From a virus: a DNA stretch of 64,000 nt. Positions 1-9,643 of this stretch are shown here, in pieces (within the stretch, counting starts at the first letter, position 1; each line of letters starts with the position of its first letter). The notes beneath the pieces are model-generated. The model had not been told where the DNA came from, did not search any database, and worked only from the letters and a program-made list of their open reading frames with translations. The translations under genes and the position numbers were made by a program. Where the stretch lies: positions 134,835 to 198,834 of IMG/VR virus record IMGVR_UViG_3300048113_001121; one strand, written 5' to 3'.

Positions 1-190
1 ACCATATTACCGTGGCGTTTATTTAGAGATGTATTCTTCGAAAGATTTATACTTGATTGGGTCGTAAAGAAATTCTTTACGTGTGTTAACTGTAAAAGAA
101 TTAAGAAATAATGATGTTAGTAGGATTAGTAGGTTGCTCTGTAGTCTATATTGGTTATAGTATAAAAGAAAGATTTGAAGGTAGACATAA

Positions 191-880
191 ATGGTAAGTA
201 TGAAAAATAATGTATTGGTACTTGGTGATGGACTCTTGGGTCGTGAATTGATTAATCAGACTAATTGGGATTATGTTTCCCGTAGTAAGGATGGTTTCGA
301 TATTAACCACCTCGATGAGTTTATATTATCTAATTATGATATTGTTATTAACTGTATTTCACATACTGATACTTACGATAAAGATAGAGAACTTCATTGG
401 AATGTTAACTGTAAGTTTGTGGATAAGTTAATTGATTACTGTAATGAACACTTTATTAAACTTATTCATATTTCTACTGATTATGTTTATTCTAATTCCA
501 TTCCCTTCGCCAGTGAGAATGATGTCCCTGTTCATTGTAATAATTGGTACGGTTATACTAAGTTATTATCTGACGGTCTTATTCAGTTAAGGTCTGAGGA
601 TTATCTTCTTATACGTTGTTCCCATAAACCCACTCCTTTTGTATATGATAACGCTTGGATTGATTATGTCGGTAACTTCGATTATGTGGATACTATCGCC
701 ACTCTCATTATTGATTGTATTAATAAAGATTTGTCAGGTGTGTATAACGTAGGTACAGACGTTAAGACGATGTTTGACTTAGCTAATGAGACTAATGTTG
801 TTGAATCCTCTTTTACCCCCTCACACGTCCCTAATAATCTTTCTATGGACCTAACTAAACTTAAGTCCTCACTCCCTTAA
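191..880 (+). CDS. rfbD: dTDP-4-dehydrorhamnose reductase-like SDR (RmlD family)
   Basis: Rossmann motif VLVLGDGLLG, HISTDYVY, catalytic YGYTK (YxxxK); shorter than cellular RmlD. Confidence 0.8.
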   Translation: MVSMKNNVLVLGDGLLGRELINQTNWDYVSRSKDGFDINHLDEFILSNYDIVINCISHTDTYDKDRELHWNVNCKFVDKLIDYCNEHFIKLIHISTDYVYSNSIPFASENDVPVHCNNWYGYTKLLSDGLIQLRSEDYLLIRCSHKPTPFVYDNAWIDYVGNFDYVDTIATLIIDCINKDLSGVYNVGTDVKTMFDLANETNVVESSFTPSHVPNNLSMDLTKLKSSLP

Positions 881-883
881 TGT

Positions 884-1198
884 ATGACAACATTTGCAGT
901 TCCACATGAAGTGATTGATGTATTGTTTGATAAACTTATTTATCCTAAACATCCTGAGCTTACTGATTGGGATATACACGAAGACACTCTTTTATTATTT
1001 GTAGACACTAACCTAATTGATTTTACGATGAGTGATGTCATTGAGTTTGAAACTTATATAATGTTGGAAGAAGAATATGATTGTTTCACTTCTGACTATT
1101 TCTATGAGATTCTTTCGTCTGATATCATTGATACCGTTAACCGCTCTTTTGATTTAATTGACAATCATTATAAAATTGAGTTAGTTTTATCTTCTTAA
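884..1198 (+). CDS. hypothetical acidic protein
   Basis: 104-aa ORF directly after rfbD; no motif recognised. Confidence 0.6.
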   Translation: MTTFAVPHEVIDVLFDKLIYPKHPELTDWDIHEDTLLLFVDTNLIDFTMSDVIEFETYIMLEEEYDCFTSDYFYEILSSDIIDTVNRSFDLIDNHYKIELVLSS

Positions 1199-1239
1199 AC
1201 TATTTATAACAATGTAATCTTTCTGTTAGTGGCTCGCAC

Positions 1240-1578
1240 TTATTCCTCCCAGCCCTCTTCATCTAAACTTCTAATATAATTCCACCTTTCGATTTCATCA
1301 TTAATCGAATCCTGTTTAGTGTAGATATATAATTCACCATCATCGACATACCAATCTAATATATTTGAATCATTATCTAACGAATCCTCATTAAAAAGTT
1401 TATCTTCTTTAGGTACCAAACGTATTGTATCATCGTTGTTAACCGTAGGAATATTATCATCACTTTTTATTATCTCTTCAGTATAAGTAATACTTCTATC
1501 TTGCATTAAAATTCTTACTACGACTAAACATGAAAGTATTATCGATATTATTGCTAAATTTTTTGATATATTTCCCAT
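1240..1578 (-). CDS. hypothetical membrane-anchored protein
   Basis: N-terminal hydrophobic helix LAIISIILSCLVVV followed by an acidic tail. Confidence 0.6.
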   Translation of the reverse strand: MGNISKNLAIISIILSCLVVVRILMQDRSITYTEEIIKSDDNIPTVNNDDTIRLVPKEDKLFNEDSLDNDSNILDWYVDDGELYIYTKQDSINDEIERWNYIRSLDEEGWEE

Positions 1579-1579
1579 A

Positions 1580-2035
1580 TTACTTACCTAAATTATCTTT
1601 TTCTGAAATTATTGGATTATCAGTAAACTCTTCTATAATAGATTTAACTTCAGGAATATCTTTCCACACAATCGAATGTTCTGACTCAGGAGAGTATTCA
1701 CCCTTAACCATATAAACAACTATGGTGTCAGGTTCTAAAGTTAAGAACCCATGAGCATACTCATCATGTAAGTAAACCGCATTCCCTTCATTTACTATTA
1801 CGTGTTGTGTTTTATGTGTTTCTAAATCATAAGCTATGTCTATAATTGAACCACGAATAACCTTAACGTATTTCTCTTGTGGTGGGTCTGTTTGATAGTG
1901 TAAACCCCTAAAGGTATATCTACCATCATTAATTGAAATGGAACATTGTGTCCATTCCTTTCCCATTATATCTAACTCCATTGGGGTATAACTCCCTCGA
2001 TTATCTTTAAATGTCTTATGGTCTCTTATTATCAT
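1580..2035 (-). CDS. rfbC: dTDP-4-dehydrorhamnose 3,5-epimerase (RmlC, cupin)
   Basis: FKDNRG, FRGLHYQ..PQEKYVKVIRGSIIDI, AHGFLTLE motifs. Confidence 0.9.
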   Translation of the reverse strand: MIIRDHKTFKDNRGSYTPMELDIMGKEWTQCSISINDGRYTFRGLHYQTDPPQEKYVKVIRGSIIDIAYDLETHKTQHVIVNEGNAVYLHDEYAHGFLTLEPDTIVVYMVKGEYSPESEHSIVWKDIPEVKSIIEEFTDNPIISEKDNLGK

Positions 2036-2041
2036 CTTTTA

Positions 2042-3184
2042 TTATTTATTAATTAATATACTTATCTCTCTTGCTAATTCTTTAAACCACTCCACACTAT
2101 GACCTCTTGTTGTTTCAGCTGCCGTACCTATTCGAATACCACTTGTTTCCACAAAACTTCTAGGGTCGTTAGGTATTCCATTCTTATTAACTGTAATACC
2201 GTTTTCTTCTAACATATCAGCGATTACTCTTCCACTATATTTCTTAGTTGATAAATCAATTAAAATTAAATGTGAATCGGTACCATCGGTTAGAATCGGT
2301 ATATCATTTTCTCTGAAGATATCACACATATGTTTTGCATTTTCTTTTACTTTAATACAATACTCCTTAAAATCTCTTGTGTTTGCCTCTATGAAACATT
2401 GGGCCTTTGCTGCGATTATATGCATTAATGGTCCTCCCTGAGTACCAGGAAATATTGCTCCATTTATTTTCTTTGTATAGTCTGAATCGTTCCAAATAAT
2501 AATACCACCTCTTGGTCCTCTAAGTGTTTTGTGTGTCGTTGAAGTTACTACATCCGCATATTCAATTGGATTGGGGTACTCACCTCCAGCAATAAGACCT
2601 GAATAGTGAGCCATATCCACCAAAAGTATCGCTCCTACTTCATCAGCAATCTCTCTAAACTTTTTCCAATCGATTATCCTTGAGTAAGCACTCGCACCTG
2701 CAATAACCATTTTAGGTTTAACTTCTAACGCTTTAGTTCGTATATCATCATAGTTTAAATAACCATTATCATCCACACCATATGAATGAGCGTCGTATAC
2801 TTTACCTGAAATATTAGGTTTACTTCCATGAGATAAGTGACCACCACTCGCTAAATCCATTCCAAGTATTGTATCACCTGGTTTTAGGAATGCTTGAAAT
2901 ACCGCAGTATTAGCGTTTGCACCACAATGTGGTTGAACATTAGCAAAGTTACAATTATATAACTTTTTTAATTCTTCTATTGCAAGTGTCTCCACCTCAT
3001 CCATATGGTCACATCCATTGTAATATCTTTTACCAGGATATCCTTCAGCATATTTGTTAGTGAATATTGAACCCGCCAATTTCATTACTGAATCAGACGC
3101 AAAGTTCTCACTTGCTATTAATTCAATTGTATTAGATTGTCTAAAATTTTCTTTATCGAGTATCTCTTCTATTCTTTTGTCCAT
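2042..3184 (-). CDS. glyA: serine hydroxymethyltransferase
   Basis: IELIASENF, NKYAEGYPGKRYY, GGHLSHG, PLP-lysine motif TTHKTLRGPRGG, SGIRIGT. Confidence 0.97.
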   Translation of the reverse strand: MDKRIEEILDKENFRQSNTIELIASENFASDSVMKLAGSIFTNKYAEGYPGKRYYNGCDHMDEVETLAIEELKKLYNCNFANVQPHCGANANTAVFQAFLKPGDTILGMDLASGGHLSHGSKPNISGKVYDAHSYGVDDNGYLNYDDIRTKALEVKPKMVIAGASAYSRIIDWKKFREIADEVGAILLVDMAHYSGLIAGGEYPNPIEYADVVTSTTHKTLRGPRGGIIIWNDSDYTKKINGAIFPGTQGGPLMHIIAAKAQCFIEANTRDFKEYCIKVKENAKHMCDIFRENDIPILTDGTDSHLILIDLSTKKYSGRVIADMLEENGITVNKNGIPNDPRSFVETSGIRIGTAAETTRGHSVEWFKELAREISILINK

Positions 3185-3196
3185 TTTTAAGATATC

Positions 3197-4072
3197 TTAA
3201 TTTTTTCTACGATTATTAGTAGTGTTATTTCTACTTGGATTATTGTTCGTTCTTGTCGGTGTACTTCGATTAATTACAGGACGACTATTATTAACTCTTG
3301 GTCTTGTATTATTATTAACTCTTGGTCTTGTATTATTATTAATGGTCGGTCTATTATTATTAATGGTAGACCTATTATTATTTGGTCTATTATTGTTAAT
3401 GGTAGGTCGACTGTTATTATTAATATAAATCTTTTCTCTTTTATTATCAACCTTAACACTACGTTTAGTTGATTCTATCATTGAAGATTGTCCTATTCTG
3501 TCTCGTATAGTCATAGTACTACCTCTTCGACCGTTGATATACGACACATTATTTCTACCTCGTCTTCCGTACCAACCATTTTGACCGTAATTGTTCCACC
3601 CGTAATAATTATTCCATCCATTACCATAGTACCCATTATATCCCCATCCGTGGTTATTCCAACCATAGTAGATTCCATATCCCCATCTATCATATCCAAA
3701 TGGTGACCATCTATGAGGAGAACCCCAAGAATTCCACCCTGTATAACCCCAAGCCCAATCATTCCACATTTGGTCTCTATTCCAATAATAAGAATTATAT
3801 CGGTAATCATACTGTCTCCCTAACAATCGGTTATTCCAATCAAATGATACTGGTTGACTCAAGGCATATCTTGCAAAGTCTAATCTAAAACCTATATCTG
3901 TTCTTAGTTTATTTCTAAATTGAAATTCATTTAAAGTATCCACCCTTAAATTGTCTCCAACTACATAATAATTTTCGTCATCATATATAGGGTCATGGTT
4001 TAATGTTGATACTGTAAATGTCGCACAACTTGTCGTTAGAAGTACGATTAATAATAGTAATGAATTTTTCAT
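3197..4072 (-). CDS. putative lipoprotein with W/G/Y/N-rich core and Asn/Arg/Pro low-complexity tail
   Basis: lipobox-like LLTTSC after a hydrophobic signal; WGY/WNN-rich middle; NNRP/NNTRPRV repeats. Confidence 0.65.
   Translation of the reverse strand: MKNSLLLLIVLLTTSCATFTVSTLNHDPIYDDENYYVVGDNLRVDTLNEFQFRNKLRTDIGFRLDFARYALSQPVSFDWNNRLLGRQYDYRYNSYYWNRDQMWNDWAWGYTGWNSWGSPHRWSPFGYDRWGYGIYYGWNNHGWGYNGYYGNGWNNYYGWNNYGQNGWYGRRGRNNVSYINGRRGSTMTIRDRIGQSSMIESTKRSVKVDNKREKIYINNNSRPTINNNRPNNNRSTINNNRPTINNNTRPRVNNNTRPRVNNSRPVINRSTPTRTNNNPSRNNTTNNRRKN
3286..3400. repeat. short in-frame tandem repeats (~24 nt) encoding NNTRPRV / NNRPTI
   Basis: TTATTAACTCTTGGTCTTGTA repeated in tandem, with degenerate copies downstream. 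Confidence 0.7.
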
Positions 4073-4084
4073 ATTTTTTATTGT

Positions 4085-4462
4085 TTAAAAGTTGTAATTA
4101 TAAATCTTACATTCAGGATTTAAATTACTAAGATTTGGAAACGTTACATCTCCAATTTTATTATTATCAATATGAGATATGTGTAATTCCGTAAACTTAT
4201 CACAGAATCTCTCATATGTTTTTTTACCTCCGATACACCAATCACAATTATAGTAGTGAAAAACGGAATGGTCCCTTTTATCAACAATCATTAACTCTCT
4301 GTTGGGTAAAAAGGGTAGGGCTTGAGCGGTACGATAACCGACTAATAACGTATCACCATAAGTCATACGTTTGAAATGATTTAAATCTTTTTTATTGTGC
4401 CATAAAAGTTTATCACCTTTACCGATAAAACCAAGATTGTTTACTGCTATAATTGCTTTCAT
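4085..4462 (-). CDS. folA: dihydrofolate reductase (compact, 125 aa)
   Basis: MKAIIAV...FIGKGDKLLWH..DLNHFKRMT...LLVGYRT and IGG cis-peptide motif (CIGGKKTY). Confidence 0.85.
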   Translation of the reverse strand: MKAIIAVNNLGFIGKGDKLLWHNKKDLNHFKRMTYGDTLLVGYRTAQALPFLPNRELMIVDKRDHSVFHYYNCDWCIGGKKTYERFCDKFTELHISHIDNNKIGDVTFPNLSNLNPECKIYNYNF

Positions 4463-4465
4463 AAC

Positions 4466-4750
4466 CTACACATCAACATTCACGCCGAAACATCCGTTTT
4501 CGGAAATTAAGTTCTCTTTAATTAATTTTATCTTTAGGTTATCCACATCTAATATAAACGCATCATAGTCAGATGTTAAATATTTACTATATACTTCGAG
4601 TAACTTAAAACGCATTAAAAAGTCACCATCTATATAGTGACCAATAATTTTACTAGCCTCTTCTCGACAATCAGGCCCCACTACTTCGTTGATGATTTCG
4701 GTGAAGTTAATCTCCTGAATATCCGATAATTTTAATATTAATTCACTCAT
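4466..4750 (-). CDS. hypothetical protein (probably leaderless)
   Basis: 94-aa ORF; ATG lies 4 nt downstream of TATATTTG. Confidence 0.6.
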   Translation of the reverse strand: MSELILKLSDIQEINFTEIINEVVGPDCREEASKIIGHYIDGDFLMRFKLLEVYSKYLTSDYDAFILDVDNLKIKLIKENLISENGCFGVNVDV

Positions 4751-4754
4751 ACTA

Positions 4755-4762
4755 CAAATATA
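4755..4762 (-). promoter_or_regulatory. Bacteroidetes-type -7 promoter element TATATTTG
   Basis: TAnnTTTG 4 nt upstream of the ATG at 4750. Confidence 0.6.
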
Positions 4763-4860
4763 TAAATTATTATTTAATAATCGAGTTATTAACCGTTTTT
4801 TATCTTAATATTACAGATAACTGAATGTCAGTTACAACCTCATATCCATAAATATGGTTA

Positions 4861-4903
4861 TAAAAGAAAACCCCTCACCATTTCTGATGAGAGGTCTTAA
4901 TTT
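4861..4903 (-). terminator. intrinsic terminator
   Basis: minus-strand hairpin CCTCTCATCA-GAAA-TGGTGAGGGG followed by a U-rich tract, just after the 4920-6317 gene. Confidence 0.65.
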
Positions 4904-4919
4904 TCATAATCAATTGAAC

Positions 4920-6317
4920 TTATATTTGTGATTCTGCTGTTACTACTAAATTAGAGAAACTCCATCCACCACCCTTATGTTCAACTGAACCTTCAGTCCA
5001 ATTACATAATGTACCGTGTGAACATTCTCCACCCGTATCTTTGTACCACTTAGTTGGTTCATCATCACCAGGTGACCAATCACCGTGATATGAAGGTGTA
5101 AACCACCATCCTACTTCCATACCATCTTTTAATAAAGACATATCTAAAGTAGAACCATCACCAATAGATGGGTCAGTCATATCAAAAACTTTAACACTAC
5201 TATCTCCTTGAGAAAGTGTAATCACCATATTAGTATAATCACCATTAAAGACAGTAACCATATGAAATGGTTTAGTAGGGTCAATCTTACCAACTAAACT
5301 GTGTACACCTCCAAGTGTTGATGATGTCATTTCATCCCAATTCCAACAATCAGTATTCGCAGCTTCAGTATATGAAACTTCCCACCTTTGTTTACCCTTT
5401 TTAATTGTGTCTAAATGTAACGTATGTTGGAACATTTTATTACCGTTAGTCTCTAATAAATCAATTTCATTACAGAAGTCACATTGTTCGTATTCCGCAT
5501 CACAGTATTTATCACCAATAGGTTGTACGTCTCTAGTAACTAAGTACATCGCCGCGTTTAAGTAATCCGCGGTCCACCCTTTATTTTGTTGTAACCCCGA
5601 TAAGTCAATGTCAACTTCAATTTTACTGATATTTTTATATCCATTTTTTGAACACACTCTACCTGCCGCAGGATTTCCTTCTGTACCAAAACTTACACCA
5701 CCAGAACTAACTATAGGGTTAGGTCCACATTTTTGATAATCAACATCAAATTCAGGTATAAAAGTTGTTTGAGTTGTCTCCTCAGGACATATACATGGGT
5801 CTTTAAACGGACATGGACAACCCTCTATACCTACAGGACTCACTTTACCTGTAGTAGCATCAACACTCACAAAACCTTTACTAGTCGTGAAAATGTACTG
5901 TGCAAAGTTAAATCCTGGTTCTAACGGTCTTCTTAAGACTACTTCAGACCAATCAGCAACTCCTTCAACTCCTGTACCATATCCCGCGTCCAATAATAAT
6001 TGTTCAGCATCCTCTAAAGTAAGTTTTACAGGTAATTTTATTACCTCATCTTCCATAAATGGAGAATTAATCACTTTAGATTTTGTCTTCCCATTAGAAT
6101 CACACAACACCTCAATAGTAGTGTTGTTAACACCCGCGAATACCGATTTAACACCCGTTAATTCTTTAGTTGCAGTTGATTCATAAAATAAAGCGGTAGT
6201 ATCAATACTTTTTGCCGCTTCCTGTGTTTGATTTACCATCTCATTGAAAGTTAAATCGTTTTGTTGAGTACATCCAATTAAGAGTAATCCCAACATCATT
6301 GTTAATAGTTTTTTCAT
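4920..6317 (-). CDS. lipoprotein with PepSY-like region and C-terminal clan GH-B (GH7-like) glycoside hydrolase domain
   Basis: lipobox LLLIGC; VSVDATTGKV (PepSY-like); DIDLSGL..LNAAMYLV, YCDA, CNEIDLLETN (ExDxxE), IDPTKPFHMVTVF recall GH7 motifs. Confidence 0.65.
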   Translation of the reverse strand: MKKLLTMMLGLLLIGCTQQNDLTFNEMVNQTQEAAKSIDTTALFYESTATKELTGVKSVFAGVNNTTIEVLCDSNGKTKSKVINSPFMEDEVIKLPVKLTLEDAEQLLLDAGYGTGVEGVADWSEVVLRRPLEPGFNFAQYIFTTSKGFVSVDATTGKVSPVGIEGCPCPFKDPCICPEETTQTTFIPEFDVDYQKCGPNPIVSSGGVSFGTEGNPAAGRVCSKNGYKNISKIEVDIDLSGLQQNKGWTADYLNAAMYLVTRDVQPIGDKYCDAEYEQCDFCNEIDLLETNGNKMFQHTLHLDTIKKGKQRWEVSYTEAANTDCWNWDEMTSSTLGGVHSLVGKIDPTKPFHMVTVFNGDYTNMVITLSQGDSSVKVFDMTDPSIGDGSTLDMSLLKDGMEVGWWFTPSYHGDWSPGDDEPTKWYKDTGGECSHGTLCNWTEGSVEHKGGGWSFSNLVVTAESQI

Positions 6318-6451
6318 TTTTGTTTTTTTGTTTTATCTTTATTTATTATATTGCCGTACTCATCACATAAAGGTGCGGTTATAATTTCATAAATTATAAA
6401 TATCCATGAAATTAAGAATGAACCTATGATTATTTTGATTAACATATTATT

Positions 6452-8065
6452 CTATTTTTCCGTATTCTTTTTTTCGTTTATATCAAAATTCTCCTTCTCA
6501 TAACCCTCTATATCATTGTAAGCATAAGTCTCAAAATTAGGATTTGTTTCAACCCAAGTTTTATATTCATATTGGTTATTTTTATTAACAAATATCTCAT
6601 TAACTCTTAATTTTCTTTCTTCTAATTCCATCAACTGTTGATGTAAGTATTCCCTTTGTTCTCTATATTCAGGTTTATAAGCTAAATTATGTGATTCCTC
6701 AATATCGTTAACTAAGTCGTATAACTCATATTCTTTTTGATATCTACCTAATGAATCGAAATAATATGTGTACTTCCAATCATGTGTACGGATTGCCCTT
6801 AATCTATTAGTTGCTTTAACAGAAGATGGTAAATTATTCGAACCCGACTTAGTATCATCAAAAGTAAATAATATAGAATCTTGAACTGATTTACCTTCCT
6901 CAATTATTGGTATTAAACTCTCACCTCTTGAGTTACTGTCTTTAGGTACACCAACAATCTCAGATATCGTTGGGAATATATCAATAAGTGTTGCTAATTC
7001 ATCTGACGATTCTTTTTTGTTAAACACAATAGGGTTTGATATCACCATAGGTATTCTTAACGCCTCTTCATAAGCAACAAAAGCCTTTTGTCTCATACCA
7101 CCATGTGACATCCCCATCTCTCCGTGGTCCGCCAATCTTATAACCACCGCATCATCAGCGAGTCTACTACCTTTGGTATCATCATAAAGTACATCAATAA
7201 ATTTACCAATTTCACCATCAATCTTAGTTAGTAGGTATGCGTAAAAATTTAAGTAATTCAATTTCATATCATCATTTCGTAAGACACCTAATAAACCATC
7301 AGCAGCAATGTTTGTTTGTAATTGAGCCATAGGTTTACCATTTTTAAGTAATTGTTCCGTAACTGTAGGTGGTAAGTCGGTAATAGTTCTACCAGTATAT
7401 TCATCGGGAGTATAACCAAATTGTACTGACTTTGGATAACCTAACACATCATGAGGATTTACTAAACTTAATACTAAACAATAAGGTTTTCTTGGTTCAC
7501 CCTTTTGTCTACTGATTCTTACCTGTTCTAAATACTCTATACCTTCTTTCACATACCTTGCATCAGCATTTGGATAACCCCCACCAAAGTTTTCAGGTTT
7601 CGCATCTTCACCCGCATCAGGTCCAACCCAACCTTTAAACCCATAAAGTGATATTTCTTTAGCTAATGGGTCACCACCATCAGCACCTTTACTTAAATGC
7701 CATTTACCTCTGTATTGTACATCGTAACCGATACTATCTAACATCTTACCAATGTTATTACTTTTATTATTTAATTGTATTTCACCAGGTGAGTATATAC
7801 CACCTGTTGTTAAGGTTTCAGTACATTGATGTTGTGATGGGTACGTACCAGTAAATAAAGTAGCTCTACTCGGTGTACACATACAACTATTACAGAAGGC
7901 TTTATCAAATGTGAAACCATTATCTTTTAATTTAGTTAGTGTTGGTAGATTTTCTTGTTCCCATCCTTCAGGAAAGTACTGAGTGGCTCTCTCTTGGTCT
8001 GTTATTATTATTACAATATCAGGTTTATCAACAAGTAATTCTTTAAATTTGTTTTGTTTTTTCAT
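6452..8065 (-). CDS. Cys-type (formylglycine) sulfatase
   Basis: PDIVIIITDQ, CTPSRATLFTG (CxPxR), GKWHL, ADHGEM, YEEALRIPMVI, ELYDLVND. Confidence 0.93.
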   Translation of the reverse strand: MKKQNKFKELLVDKPDIVIIITDQERATQYFPEGWEQENLPTLTKLKDNGFTFDKAFCNSCMCTPSRATLFTGTYPSQHQCTETLTTGGIYSPGEIQLNNKSNNIGKMLDSIGYDVQYRGKWHLSKGADGGDPLAKEISLYGFKGWVGPDAGEDAKPENFGGGYPNADARYVKEGIEYLEQVRISRQKGEPRKPYCLVLSLVNPHDVLGYPKSVQFGYTPDEYTGRTITDLPPTVTEQLLKNGKPMAQLQTNIAADGLLGVLRNDDMKLNYLNFYAYLLTKIDGEIGKFIDVLYDDTKGSRLADDAVVIRLADHGEMGMSHGGMRQKAFVAYEEALRIPMVISNPIVFNKKESSDELATLIDIFPTISEIVGVPKDSNSRGESLIPIIEEGKSVQDSILFTFDDTKSGSNNLPSSVKATNRLRAIRTHDWKYTYYFDSLGRYQKEYELYDLVNDIEESHNLAYKPEYREQREYLHQQLMELEERKLRVNEIFVNKNNQYEYKTWVETNPNFETYAYNDIEGYEKENFDINEKKNTEK

Positions 8066-8154
8066 GATGTATTTTTTTAAAAAGTATTAAATAAGATACT
8101 TTAGTGTATAGTTAATTGTTTATTTATACTTATTACTAACTAAAATTAAAAGAT

Positions 8155-8508
8155 ATGGCACACCCTATTTTACACTCTAAATCATCCGCTAAAAAGTTTG
8201 GTGGGAAACCTGAAGATTATTTACATATACATAATTGGTTTGATGAAACTAAATCATGGATTGGAACATCTTTTCATCGAATATTTAGACACCATTCAGA
8301 AGGTATCTTTGAATGTGAGAAAACCTTTGGTGAGTCATTCTTAAATTCAGACGGTAAAGAAGTTTTTGTTCGTTACATAGGTGAACAACACGTTAAAGAA
8401 GATTGTAATAACTATATTCCATCAGCAAAAGAATGGGTAGATGCTTTAAATAATAAAGAAAAACCCTTATGGATGATGAAAACTATGAAATTAAAGTTTA
8501 CTGACTAA
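8155..8508 (+). CDS. conserved His-rich hypothetical protein (DUF6915-like, from recollection)
   Basis: MAHP..HSKSSAKKFGG..DY..IHNWFD, HR..RHHSEGIF, GEQHVKED pattern. Confidence 0.6.
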   Translation: MAHPILHSKSSAKKFGGKPEDYLHIHNWFDETKSWIGTSFHRIFRHHSEGIFECEKTFGESFLNSDGKEVFVRYIGEQHVKEDCNNYIPSAKEWVDALNNKEKPLWMMKTMKLKFTD

Positions 8509-8529
8509 TATTTATATATAAAAACTATC

Positions 8530-9201
8530 ATGGAACAGAAATACAAAGTACTATTTAATTTAATTAATCCGGCATTCTTAAAATCAGGGTGTAAAAAAGC
8601 CGTTATGGAGTTTGATGAAGCCTTCTCAATCTATCAAGATGGGTATTATTGTGGTTATCAAAATAGTGGTAGTCCAAAAAGTTTCTTAATTCCTATTGAA
8701 CGTGAACTTAGTGAGTATGTTGAAGAGGCTGTCGGTGATAATACTTGGCACGAAGAGACAGGTAGTGAATACTACACTTATGAAGTTGAAATTAACTCTG
8801 AATATAGAAGTGTTGAAATATTCGGAACCTACACAGTTTACGGTACCGAACCCATTAATGAAGTAGTAATAGATGAGGAAGAAGAACCAGAAGAATTTAA
8901 ACCTATCTTTGATTACTTAAACGATGAAGGGTCCGACATATTAGAAGTTAATGTAGACGCTGGTGGAGATAGTGGTTGGATTCACGACACAAACGATGAC
9001 GTTAATGGTAATACTATACAAACTTCAGACCAAATGGAAGAAGTATGTTATAGACTATTAAACCAACATCCTGGATGGGAAATTAATGAAGGTTCTTACG
9101 CTAAGTTTACATTTGACCCACATAGACGTATTTTGATATGGGAATTCGCTTACAATACTGAAGAACAGGCAAGAGAATTAGTGTCTTCTGAAAAGTTTTA
9201 A
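8530..9201 (+). CDS. acidic hypothetical protein (DUF6878-like C-terminal part, from recollection)
   Basis: VNVDAGGDSGWI and GWEINEGSYAKF motifs. Confidence 0.5.
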   Translation: MEQKYKVLFNLINPAFLKSGCKKAVMEFDEAFSIYQDGYYCGYQNSGSPKSFLIPIERELSEYVEEAVGDNTWHEETGSEYYTYEVEINSEYRSVEIFGTYTVYGTEPINEVVIDEEEEPEEFKPIFDYLNDEGSDILEVNVDAGGDSGWIHDTNDDVNGNTIQTSDQMEEVCYRLLNQHPGWEINEGSYAKFTFDPHRRILIWEFAYNTEEQARELVSSEKF

Positions 9202-9602
9202 GTTAATTTTTCACCAATTTTATCACCAAACATTAACTCACGTTTCCACTTTAAATCTTTGGATTTATAACTGAGGTAACTCTCCACACCTGAAATTAAT
9301 GCCCCTTCAAACGTATCGTAATCCAAATCAGAAACACCTAAGTTAGTTTCGTCACAAAGAATATCCTCCTCCTGTCCAAAATCATTTAAGTCTATAACTG
9401 AGTAATAATAAGAAAGTTCAGGACCTTCGCTCGCATCTCTAAAAGGTAAGGCGGTAATATAAATGTGTTGGTTACGTAACCACGATAAAACATCATCCAT
9501 ATCAGGATATTTGTTCAAAGCGGTAACATCACCGACTTTTACGGTCTCAAAGGGGTAAACACATGTTTGTAGGTAGTTGAAGATTGTTTCAGTAATTCGC
9601 AT
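9198..9602 (-). CDS. hypothetical protein
   Basis: 134-aa ORF preceded by TTG-N19-TAAGTTTG promoter (-7 box at 9621-9628). Confidence 0.6.
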   Translation of the reverse strand: MRITETIFNYLQTCVYPFETVKVGDVTALNKYPDMDDVLSWLRNQHIYITALPFRDASEGPELSYYYSVIDLNDFGQEEDILCDETNLGVSDLDYDTFEGALISGVESYLSYKSKDLKWKRELMFGDKIGEKLT

Positions 9603-9643
9603 AAGATTATTTATTTTCTACAAACTTAAAATAAATAATGGAA

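Noticed and set aside
1-196. Partial plus-strand ORF (1-111) and a 28-aa ORF before rfbD
   Set aside because: Too short or truncated to support a call
3222-3888. Hydrophobic plus-strand ORFs over the lipoprotein gene
   Set aside because: Antisense translations of the Asn-rich repeats
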